Positions 8,371 to 16,986 of a stretch of DNA of 32,000 bases are shown in pieces. The DNA comes from an uncultured bacterium (lineage in GTDB: Bacteria > Patescibacteriota > Gracilibacteria > UBA1369 > PNNO01), in assembly GCA_963704705.1 (NCBI GenBank), contig OY969931.1, positions 630,001-662,000 of the forward strand. Reading direction: 5' to 3'. Position numbers and translations under genes: made by a program. The notes under the pieces were generated by a model. The model searched no databases. It was not told the origin of the DNA and was given only the letters and a program-made list of their open reading frames with translations. The first letter of the stretch is position 1. Every line of letters starts with the position of its first letter.

Positions 8371-8804
8371 GGCCGTGCCCCTCATGTTGTGGGGGACACG
8401 AGTTCCCCGGCTTCGATCATTGCGCTCATCAATGCATTATTGCAGTGACGAGCAGTTTTCTCACCTTATAAACTCTGCAACACATTATTGTATTGCAGTT
8501 AAAATAATTTATATTACAGACACCGAGAGTAGTACTACCTGTTAAATTCCACAGAATGTTACTGAAAATTTAATCAAGCAATACGCTCCCGATGTTTAAA
8601 CTTCTGATTTTCAAAGAACAATAACTCTTGCAAAGACACAATAGTGCCCTATTTAAGAGAATTGATTAAATCCTTTTGTATTAATACATTTGACTTTTCA
8701 TAATAAAGTATTATTGCACAATATAAACAAAGGATGTAAATATAAACCAAAAACAACCTTATGTCAAGCATAAATACTTTTTATTGCATTTAAAAAAAAA
8801 GCTT

Positions 8805-9590
8805 TTAATTGAAGTAATCTGCTCTTCCAATAAGCCTAATTCTATTGAATGGCCATAAAACAACCCATGCACGGCCCTCAATATTTTTACGAGGTAGGAA
8901 ATAAGCCTCTTCTCCGCGGCAGCCACCCTGAAAAGCATCTCTGAAGCAGCTTCTGGAATCTGTACTGGCAACTCTGTTATCACCCATTACAAAGTATTCA
9001 TCATCCGGTACTGTAAATGTAGTTACTCGGTTTGTACTTGGAAGTGTGTTTCCGGAATTGGTATCATTTAAATATGGTTCGGGTAATTCATAACCGGTTT
9101 CATATTCATCATTAAATAGAAAAACCTTTCCATCAATAAGTTTGATTGTATCACCGGCGACGCCAATTATTCTTTTAATATAAAATTCACCTTCATTACC
9201 AGGAGGATGAAAAACAATAATATCTCCACGATCGGGATCACTTATGCTCCATCCAAAAAAATCTTTATAAACAAGCTTATTAACGATTATATATTCACCA
9301 TAGCCCTGATGGCATTCACCATCCAAATTATTTAAAGTGTCACACATTGAAGGTCCGAATACTTTAAATGGTGAAGCAATAAATGTCTGAATTAAAAATA
9401 CCAATCCAAAAACAATAACAAGATTTAATGCCAAATCAAGAATAAAAGAAATCAACTTACTTTGTTTTTCTTCTGGTTGCGAAGTCTCTATAGCAGCATT
9501 AATCCCTGTTGTTTCAGGAGTAACAGGTTTCGCAGGTTTATTAAAGATTTCCGCTACATCCTGTTGGTCTTTGTTTTCAGTATCATTCAT
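8805..9590 (-). CDS. lepB: Signal peptidase I
   Basis: 261 aa; TM then FKVFGPSMCDTL, RGDIIVFHPPGNEGEFYIKRIIGVAGDTI, YFVMGDNRVASTDSR. Confidence 0.93.
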   Translation of the reverse strand: MNDTENKDQQDVAEIFNKPAKPVTPETTGINAAIETSQPEEKQSKLISFILDLALNLVIVFGLVFLIQTFIASPFKVFGPSMCDTLNNLDGECHQGYGEYIIVNKLVYKDFFGWSISDPDRGDIIVFHPPGNEGEFYIKRIIGVAGDTIKLIDGKVFLFNDEYETGYELPEPYLNDTNSGNTLPSTNRVTTFTVPDDEYFVMGDNRVASTDSRSCFRDAFQGGCRGEEAYFLPRKNIEGRAWVVLWPFNRIRLIGRADYFN

Positions 9591-9650
9591 AAGCTTTCTT
9601 GAAAATTCTTATAGAGATTACATTAAAAACCAGCATCGGATCAATAGAAT

Positions 9651-11570
9651 TTATCCAAGATTTGCCTCAAATTCATTGGCAACTTCAGCAGTAAACTTTG
9701 AAGCACCTGTTTCTGTAAGAATTTTTACGCGATATATAGCTTCAGCAACCTGTTCACGTGTCATTGGTTCATTTGGTTTGAATTGTCTTCCTTCATATTC
9801 AATCAAATTTTTATCAATTGCGAATCTTACATAAGGCGCATACCACTGATTTTCATCAAGATCGGTGAATGTAAACTTTTTAACATTCGGATTAACATCG
9901 ATATTCATTGCTTCAATAAGCATTTTTAAGAATTCGACTTTATTTACAGAATTTGTAGGTTTAAATGTTCCATCAGGATATCCTTCAATTATTCCTTTTT
10001 TCATAGCTGTATAAATATATGAGGCATACCACTGATTTGAGTCAATATCCTTAAATGAAAGTGTTTTAGCATCAAGCAAGTCGGTACCCAATCCTTCTAA
10101 AATAAATTTTGTTACTTCAACTCTTGAAACAGAGTTATTTGGTTTAAATGTACCATCAGGATATCCTTCAATTACCCCCTCGTTTTTTAAGAATTTAATT
10201 GCCTGATAATGTGGATCTATTTCAGCGATATCGGCAAATAATGTGTTTTTAGAAAATGTTATACTTTCTTTAATTACTGTATCTGATTTTATTCTAAGTT
10301 GTAATTCCGCAGTACTTCTTGGAGTAACCTCAATTTCCGCAACCCCATTAATAAAGTCCTTTGCTGATAAGCTATTTGGTTCAATTATTGCAACCCCTGT
10401 TTTTGCATCTATTCTGATTTTTTCTTCTGGTGCGAAATCTGTAATAACATCACCGTTTGCATCTAAAGCTTTAATTAAAACTTTGGTTTTTTTTCTATAT
10501 TCAAATGCTTGAGAAGCTACTATTTCAAAATCAGCCAACAGAGTTGGTTCTGCATTATTTGTATCTACATTTAAAGGTTCGGCAGTAATAGGTTCAGCTG
10601 AAACTGGTGCCGGAAGATTTACAACTTCTTCTATTATTGGTTTTGTTGCCGGTTCTGTTGCTGGCTCTTCATAATCATAAACTGTTCCGTTTAAATACTT
10701 TTGCACATAAACCATTGGATTTATAGTGTTTGCTATAGCAATATTTTGATTCAAACCCTTGTTTATCGCATCAGTAAAACTCATACCGGCATTTGCAGCT
10801 TCTTGTGAAGTAAATGGCCAAAATGGATGCCAGTCAACAGTATCTCTGTCTATTTGAAAGTGTAGATGAGGTGTTGTTGAAAGTCCTGAACTTCCACTGT
10901 AGCCTATTAGATCTCCTTTCTTTACTATTTGCCCTTCACTTACGTTAATTGAACTTAAATGCGCATAATTTGAATAAATTGTTTCTTTTATGTTTGGATT
11001 ATTCAAAGTTGGAGCATCTGGATGTTTAATAACAATATGATTGCCAAATCCAGTGCTTAATTGTGCTACTTTACTTACTTCACCATTTGCAATTGCATAA
11101 ACTGGTGTACCCATTGGCGTTTTTATATCTACAGCTAAATGACTACCGCTATACTCTGTACCATCTAATTCGTAATTACCCATATATGGTACTGAAAATG
11201 TGATTTTTGCATTTCTTACTGCATCATCTGCTGGGTTTCCCCAGGTTAAGTTATTTACACTTATTTTAAGTTTATTTGGATCATAAACAGGTAGATTTGT
11301 TAATTTATTTGAAGGTAACTGGTTGTATGTTTCACTATATTCAGCCGTAGTAAGTGCAACCCAATTTGGTGCTTTGCGAATAGGCAAAACAGTACCGTCA
11401 AAAGCAGGTACACTTTTAGTTGGAATTATACTTGTTTTAAAATCAGTATAATTCAAATCAACCATGTATACTGCCAAACTCATAAATGCAAACATAGCAA
11501 GCCATGCAACAGCTTTTTTAATAAAATGCATTTTATGATCGGGATGTTTTTTGTATTTAAATTGTTTCAT
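9651..11570 (-). CDS. M23 (LytM) peptidase with C-terminal SLH domains
   Basis: 639 aa; GSHLAVDIKTPMGTPVYA...NYAHLSS...TPHLHFQI, then three SLH modules (FLKNEGVIEGYPDGTFKPNNSVSRVE, KGIIEGYPDGTFKPTNSVNKVE, NLIEYEGRQFKPNEPMTREQ). Confidence 0.92.
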   Translation of the reverse strand: MKQFKYKKHPDHKMHFIKKAVAWLAMFAFMSLAVYMVDLNYTDFKTSIIPTKSVPAFDGTVLPIRKAPNWVALTTAEYSETYNQLPSNKLTNLPVYDPNKLKISVNNLTWGNPADDAVRNAKITFSVPYMGNYELDGTEYSGSHLAVDIKTPMGTPVYAIANGEVSKVAQLSTGFGNHIVIKHPDAPTLNNPNIKETIYSNYAHLSSINVSEGQIVKKGDLIGYSGSSGLSTTPHLHFQIDRDTVDWHPFWPFTSQEAANAGMSFTDAINKGLNQNIAIANTINPMVYVQKYLNGTVYDYEEPATEPATKPIIEEVVNLPAPVSAEPITAEPLNVDTNNAEPTLLADFEIVASQAFEYRKKTKVLIKALDANGDVITDFAPEEKIRIDAKTGVAIIEPNSLSAKDFINGVAEIEVTPRSTAELQLRIKSDTVIKESITFSKNTLFADIAEIDPHYQAIKFLKNEGVIEGYPDGTFKPNNSVSRVEVTKFILEGLGTDLLDAKTLSFKDIDSNQWYASYIYTAMKKGIIEGYPDGTFKPTNSVNKVEFLKMLIEAMNIDVNPNVKKFTFTDLDENQWYAPYVRFAIDKNLIEYEGRQFKPNEPMTREQVAEAIYRVKILTETGASKFTAEVANEFEANLG

Positions 11571-11637
11571 TTTTATTTTGATTTATTTTTGTTTTTCTAA
11601 TATAGTATTATACCAAATTTTCAGGTAAAATTCAACC

Positions 11638-12096
11638 ATGTCCGAATTTAAAAAACCCTTCGAAATAAAGTCAAATTCAGAAGAGAAAACGCAGGAAATT
11701 GCTAAAAATTTTGCTGAACAAATTAAAAATTCCAGAATAATCTTATTAAATGGTCTGCTTGGAGCTGGAAAAACCACATTTGTTAAAGGTTTTGCTATCG
11801 CTCTTGGTGTTGATCTTAACCAAATAAAAAGTCCCACTTATACATATTTCAGAACATATCAAGGATTGAATAAAAAAATTGTTCATTTGGATTTATATCG
11901 AATGGATAATTTGAATGTTGAATTTCTTGAAGAATTGCAGGAATACTTGGAAAATTCTGAAAATGTGATTATTATAGAATGGCCTGAAAAAATTCAGGAT
12001 TATTTGCCTCCTGACAGACATGAAATTATGTTTGAACATGGTGAGCAATCAAATGATCGATTATTAAAAATTTATTATGCTGATACCAGAAGCTAA
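11638..12096 (+). CDS. tsaE: tRNA (adenosine(37)-N6)-threonylcarbamoyltransferase ATPase subunit TsaE
   Basis: 152 aa; LLNGLLGAGKTTFVKG, SPTYTYFRTY, HLDLYRM, IIIEWPEKI. Confidence 0.95.
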   Translation: MSEFKKPFEIKSNSEEKTQEIAKNFAEQIKNSRIILLNGLLGAGKTTFVKGFAIALGVDLNQIKSPTYTYFRTYQGLNKKIVHLDLYRMDNLNVEFLEELQEYLENSENVIIIEWPEKIQDYLPPDRHEIMFEHGEQSNDRLLKIYYADTRS

Positions 12097-12685
12097 ATCA
12101 ATAGTAATGGAACATCATTTGCCTGATCACATTATTCGTCATTGTGAAAAGGTACGCAAAATAGTCCAATTAATAGGGGAAAAGTATGCTGAAAAAGGTG
12201 TGAAAATAGACTTGGAAAATTTAATATCCGCAGCTTTATTGCATGACCTTTTTAGAATTGCTGATATTCCTGATGAAAGTTATCAAAATCTTCATGCTGC
12301 TGCGGTAAAATACGACCAGGTAACTTGGGATTCAATTAGGAATAGATATAAAGGAAAGACCCATGCACAGGCAGCATATGATTTTTTTATGCTTAAAGGA
12401 GAAGAAAAACTGGCTTTAATGATAAAAAAACATTATTTTTTCGCCATTTTAGATCCAATTGATAAACCAACCACATTAGAAGAAAAAATTCTTTCATACG
12501 CTGATAAAAGAGTTATGCACGATAAAATTGTATCTTTAAAAGAAAGATTTGAAGAAGGCAGTCAAAGACATAATCCGAATCATGAAAATATGGATGGAAT
12601 TCAGAAAATTTATGATGCTTATTATTCTTTGGAAAAAGAACTTTTAGAGCCAATAAATCTAAAACCTGAAGACATTAAAGAATAG
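12077..12685 (+). CDS. HD-domain phosphohydrolase
   Basis: 202 aa; HCEKVRKIV, AALLHDLFRIADI, DFFMLKGEEKLALMIKKH, EKILSYADKRV. Start could be the second Met at 12107. Confidence 0.8.
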   Translation: MLIPEAKSIVMEHHLPDHIIRHCEKVRKIVQLIGEKYAEKGVKIDLENLISAALLHDLFRIADIPDESYQNLHAAAVKYDQVTWDSIRNRYKGKTHAQAAYDFFMLKGEEKLALMIKKHYFFAILDPIDKPTTLEEKILSYADKRVMHDKIVSLKERFEEGSQRHNPNHENMDGIQKIYDAYYSLEKELLEPINLKPEDIKE

Positions 12686-14333
12686 TATTTAATTGATCCC
12701 TTGTCTGAGGACCTACTTTTCCTGCACCGGGATCATTTTGCGAAGTAATTATGCCTTTCTCAAGCTGAAATGCGATAACTGCATCTTTGGTTACATCTCC
12801 AAAATAATCAGTGATTATAGTTCCATCAAAATAACCTAATTCTTTTAATTTTTTTTGAAGTGTTTCTACATCGTTTCCTTTGCTTCCATAAACTAAATCA
12901 TTTATAAAATCCTGTGCTTGTTCAGCTATATATACTTTTTCTTCATTTTTATTATATTCTGCGGTTTTTGATGCGATCAGCTGTTTGGTATTAGCTCTGT
13001 ATCCTAAAATTCCATTTAATGCATTTCTTGTTGAAGGACCGAAGACTCCTGCACCTGCATCTGATCGTGCAGTTATAATTCCTTTTCTCTGCTGGAATTT
13101 ATAAACAGCGTTTTCAGTTACTTCTCCAAAAAAACCAGTTGGTTCAATTCTAAGCAAATTTATTTTTTTTAATTCTTCCTGAAGAATTTTCACTTCATTC
13201 CCTGAATCACCTTTTTGAAGAGTTGTTTCGAATGGATCGTAATCAGCCTGAGCTATGATATCAGTTTGAATCGATTCATTTTCCGGCTCTGACAAGGCAA
13301 TTACTTTATTTGATAACACTTCATATGTCTGAGGGCCAAAATATCCGGCACCTAAATCATTTTCATCATCAACTATTTCATTGTCCTGTTGAAATTGAAA
13401 TACAGCCTGAACAGTTTTTTCATCATAAATACCATTAACTTCTACCTCATAGCCCATTTTTTTCAATGCTTCCTGTAATTTTCTTACTTCATCTCCTTCG
13501 TCATCTTTTCCTAAATTATAATTTGGAACTATATTTTTTCTTTTTTTAAGGATTGCTGCTTCAATTTCTCTTCTGGTTCTTACTCCAAAATATCCGGCAC
13601 CGAATTCTGTTTCATTATCTACTATTCCTTCATTGATCTGGAATTGAATTACTGCTTTATAAACTGCATCCCCATAATATCCATCTATTTTTCCTTTATA
13701 ATATTCTAAATCAGTTAAATATTGTTGTAATTCTTTTACCTTATCACCTGACTCTCCATACCAAAGATCTTCTTTAAATATTTTTTGTTCATCAATTATT
13801 TTTTCAATAAATTTTTCAGCTTCTGTAAATCCTTCCAAATATACATTTTCTTTTATTCCCGGATCAATACCGTAAACAGTTACCTGAACTGATCTTTTAC
13901 CCCAACCAAGTGCTCGTGATAATCCTTGATCACCATAACCCATCCAAACATCCAACCTATCAAAAGATTGGCCTCTCTCACCTGCATGAACAATTGCTCC
14001 TCCGCGGTCGTGTACCGCAACTATACCTATTCCCGGAATATTCATTTTAGTTCCAAAAGGATAGGCTGATGGGGCTGCAATCATCCCAGGGTAAACCGGA
14101 GTGCCGTCAGCACTATTAACACCGCTACCATTTAATCTTATATCTCCTTCATAACTGCCTGTAACATATCGTTCCTGGCCCGGTATCGGGGAATAATATG
14201 CACTTATGGTAAACATGTCCTGGTAAGCTGCACGTGCAATTTGATGCATTACTAAATAGGCAATTAAACCTATGATCGCAAGAACTACATATTTAAATTT
14301 AAAATTATAACCGTGGTAGTTGTTTATATTCAT
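12675..14333 (-). CDS. 3D-domain (MltA-like beta-barrel) protein with four peptidoglycan-binding domains
   Basis: 552 aa; ISAYYSPIPGQ...FGTKMNIPGIGIVAVHDRGGAI...RLDVWMGYGDQGLSRALGWG; four repeats of the type GxxGxxVxxLQxxLxxxGY...G.FGxxTxxAVxxFQ. Confidence 0.88.
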   Translation of the reverse strand: MNINNYHGYNFKFKYVVLAIIGLIAYLVMHQIARAAYQDMFTISAYYSPIPGQERYVTGSYEGDIRLNGSGVNSADGTPVYPGMIAAPSAYPFGTKMNIPGIGIVAVHDRGGAIVHAGERGQSFDRLDVWMGYGDQGLSRALGWGKRSVQVTVYGIDPGIKENVYLEGFTEAEKFIEKIIDEQKIFKEDLWYGESGDKVKELQQYLTDLEYYKGKIDGYYGDAVYKAVIQFQINEGIVDNETEFGAGYFGVRTRREIEAAILKKRKNIVPNYNLGKDDEGDEVRKLQEALKKMGYEVEVNGIYDEKTVQAVFQFQQDNEIVDDENDLGAGYFGPQTYEVLSNKVIALSEPENESIQTDIIAQADYDPFETTLQKGDSGNEVKILQEELKKINLLRIEPTGFFGEVTENAVYKFQQRKGIITARSDAGAGVFGPSTRNALNGILGYRANTKQLIASKTAEYNKNEEKVYIAEQAQDFINDLVYGSKGNDVETLQKKLKELGYFDGTIITDYFGDVTKDAVIAFQLEKGIITSQNDPGAGKVGPQTRDQLNTIL

Positions 14334-14461
14334 TTTTGTTTTGATAATTTTTTATTTTTTATCTTAATATTATGCCACAAAATCAAAGTTTTTTCCTCTA
14401 CTAAGTGTAGACATAACAAAAAACATGTTGCATAAGTATTTTCGGCTTTTGAAAGGGATTT

Positions 14462-16924
14462 TTACATTATCGCTCCGATTCTTCGAAGGATTTCTCTATC
14501 AACAAAAGATTTGTCGCGACCATAAGTTAATCTTGAAAGCTGTTTTACGCCTTCTGCAATTGCAGAATCGCCTTTTTCAGTGTGCGGATTTATCGGAATA
14601 ATACTAAAAGGTTTTGAAGGCTGTGTATCAATCGAAAGTTTCATCACAGCTTTAAATTTATCAATATTTACCAAGTCCTGCTCTGAAAAAACAGGTCCAA
14701 ATTCTTTTGCCAAATATTCTGCATCCTGTGCACCAACCTTATAAGCCATCATTGACCCGACGTTACCGAAAACTGCATCTTTAACTTTTGATTTACCATC
14801 ATCACCTTCAAGCTGCTTAATATACTGATGCGCCATAATCAAACCTAAACGGTATTTTCTGGCTTCAGATAGTATAGTTTCAATACTTTCCGTAATGTAG
14901 TTTTGGAACTCATCAATATATAAAAAGAAATCTTTTCTGCCTTCTTTTCCAACATTCTGCCTGCGAAGCGCAGCCATTTGAATTTTTTGTACAATTATAA
15001 GACCAAGCAGTTTTGAGTTAATTTCACCTGTTGTGCCTTTAGAAAGATTCATTAAAAGAATTTTGTTTGTATTCATGGCATCGGCAAAATCAAAACTTGA
15101 TCTACTTTGTCCGATGATATTCCTCATCATTGTGTTTGTAACAAATTGTCCGAATTTTGAAGCGAAGTAGGGGATCATCTCTTGCTTTTCTCTTGCACCG
15201 GTTTTAGCCATCTGATGTTCCCAGAATGATTTAACAATAGGGTTTTTAACATTCTGGATTTTTAGTTTTTGATATTCATCATCTGTAAATAACCTGACTA
15301 TATCGGTTAATGCGCCACCTTCCGGATCATCCATTAAAGTCAAACAGCCGTTTCTGAAATAATCCTGAATACGAGGTCCGAATATTTCTTCATTAAACAG
15401 TTTGATCATAATATTCATGGCATCCAAAGCAACAAGTTCCTTTTCTTCATCAGTTTCACCTTCAAGCAAATTAATACCAATCGGTCTTTCCAAATCAGAA
15501 GGATTAAAGTAAATAACGTCATCAGCACGCTCACGTGGAATAAAAGGCAAAATATCTTCAATAAGAGAGCCGTGCGGGTCAATAATACATAATCCTTTGC
15601 CATTTTTAAGGTCCTGGCGGATCATAACCTGCATAATCGAAGATTTACCTGTACCTGTCTGCCCAATAACATAAAAGTGCCTAAAGCGGTCTTCATTTTT
15701 AATATAAATGGGTTTTTTATCACCACGATAATAATTGTAACCCAGTAATACCCCTTCGGTTGGCGTGTTGGTAGGTGCAGGCGCTATTTTAAATCTTTGC
15801 CACGCAATAACAGGTGATCTGTTATATTTAGTATTTGGAATATGAAATAAACTCGCCAATTCCTCGCAGCTTAATACCGCCATTGGCTGCTTAAAAGAAC
15901 TTACTAACGTTCTTTTAAAACTTCGAAAAATAAAATCTTTTATAAGTTTATTATCAGAGTGCCAATATGTACTTATAAATCCATTTCCTTCAGTGCTTGA
16001 GTATTGTCCAAAAGCACTTCTTATATTAACTAAATGATTTTTTAGTTCATTTTTTGTTTGAGCTGAAGCCACAACTCTAATTATTGTTTCCCAGCCTGGT
16101 TGCGAATTTTTTTCTTCAATGGCTTTTACTTCTTCTTCAATGGCAGGAGTTGTCCTTCCTGTATCAGGTGCGCTAGGGGTAGCAGCTTGATCTCCTTTCA
16201 TAAACATATCAAACAGCGCACTTATCCATGAAAGCGGATTAAGAGGCGAACGTAATTTTGGTTTTTTATTATACATACTTTCAGCAGCCTGCTTACCTTT
16301 TTTCTGCCAACCATCTTTTTTTGGCCTTATCATAATCTGAATAGCAGCACCTTCTTCAAGTTTAAATTTCGATAATGCATTAACAATATTGTTTAGCGGA
16401 TCTGAATTTAATCTTGTATAAGATTTGAAAGGTATAATGTAAGGTTTTGCCAATCTCAAATAATTACCTGCTGATTTATAGTTTTTATTGAAAATATTAT
16501 AATCTCCCACTTTTTCAATAAAGCAATCAGGGTAAAAACTGGTAAGTTGTTTTTCAATCAGGTTTTCAAGATTTCCAGGACAAACAATATAAAAATTTAT
16601 TTCTCCTTCAATTACTGCATATTCAAGAGATAAAAAGTCTTGTCCATGCGCTTTGTATCTGAATCTGCTTTCGTAAATGCTGTATAAAGAAGTGAAAAAA
16701 TGGGTCATTACGCCCAATACTTCTTTGAAATCTTTTCCTGTTGAAAAGGCTTCACTTTCTCTTTCTCTGTCTTCTTTGGATTCATTTTGAGGTACAAGTA
16801 TCTTAAGGAACACCATATCAAGTGTTCTTCTGAAGTTTTTGTATTTTCTAAATAGAAGCAGAGCAGTAATAGCTACTGCTGCAATCACTAAAACTCCAAT
16901 TAGTATGCTTAAAAAAAGTTCCAT
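14462..16924 (-). CDS. TraD/VirB4-like type IV secretion/conjugation-family ATPase with N-terminal TM
   Basis: 820 aa; Walker A VIGQTGTGKSSIM, GLCIIDPHGSLIEDI, Walker B DFFLYIDEFQNY, GLIMAHQYIKQL. Confidence 0.85.
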   Translation of the reverse strand: MELFLSILIGVLVIAAVAITALLLFRKYKNFRRTLDMVFLKILVPQNESKEDRERESEAFSTGKDFKEVLGVMTHFFTSLYSIYESRFRYKAHGQDFLSLEYAVIEGEINFYIVCPGNLENLIEKQLTSFYPDCFIEKVGDYNIFNKNYKSAGNYLRLAKPYIIPFKSYTRLNSDPLNNIVNALSKFKLEEGAAIQIMIRPKKDGWQKKGKQAAESMYNKKPKLRSPLNPLSWISALFDMFMKGDQAATPSAPDTGRTTPAIEEEVKAIEEKNSQPGWETIIRVVASAQTKNELKNHLVNIRSAFGQYSSTEGNGFISTYWHSDNKLIKDFIFRSFKRTLVSSFKQPMAVLSCEELASLFHIPNTKYNRSPVIAWQRFKIAPAPTNTPTEGVLLGYNYYRGDKKPIYIKNEDRFRHFYVIGQTGTGKSSIMQVMIRQDLKNGKGLCIIDPHGSLIEDILPFIPRERADDVIYFNPSDLERPIGINLLEGETDEEKELVALDAMNIMIKLFNEEIFGPRIQDYFRNGCLTLMDDPEGGALTDIVRLFTDDEYQKLKIQNVKNPIVKSFWEHQMAKTGAREKQEMIPYFASKFGQFVTNTMMRNIIGQSRSSFDFADAMNTNKILLMNLSKGTTGEINSKLLGLIIVQKIQMAALRRQNVGKEGRKDFFLYIDEFQNYITESIETILSEARKYRLGLIMAHQYIKQLEGDDGKSKVKDAVFGNVGSMMAYKVGAQDAEYLAKEFGPVFSEQDLVNIDKFKAVMKLSIDTQPSKPFSIIPINPHTEKGDSAIAEGVKQLSRLTYGRDKSFVDREILRRIGAIM

Positions 16925-16986
16925 ATTTATTTTTACTCTTATATATATTATACCCTAAAATATGGTCTTTTGGAAGCTATAAACAC

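Larger units (their letters stand above)
7331..8460. other. GC-rich island of anomalous composition (candidate foreign insert or assembly chimera)
   Basis: Hand count of 7501-7560 gives 42/60 G+C against 17/60 for 9601-9660. The composition change is abrupt at the left edge and fades over about 8400-8460 at the right. Confidence 0.85.

Noticed and set aside
7260-8545. Multiple plus-strand and alternate-frame ORFs in the GC-rich island (253, 175, 193, 128, 131 aa and others)
   Set aside because: GC-rich DNA is depleted in stop codons in all frames. Only the 7398-8357 minus frame has an SD, a TM segment and sensible codon bias; the others translate to Arg/Ala/Val-rich nonsense.
7331-8804. Island as an integron cassette, insertion sequence or retroelement
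   Set aside because: I found no recombinase, transposase or RT, no attC-type core sites, no convincing terminal inverted repeats and no flanking direct duplication by eye.
14462-16924. TraD/VirB4-like ATPase as evidence of an integrated conjugative element or a novel secretion locus
   Set aside because: It is a single gene between housekeeping genes with no other T4SS or relaxase genes in the window. Such orphan ATPases are, to my knowledge, common in CPR genomes.
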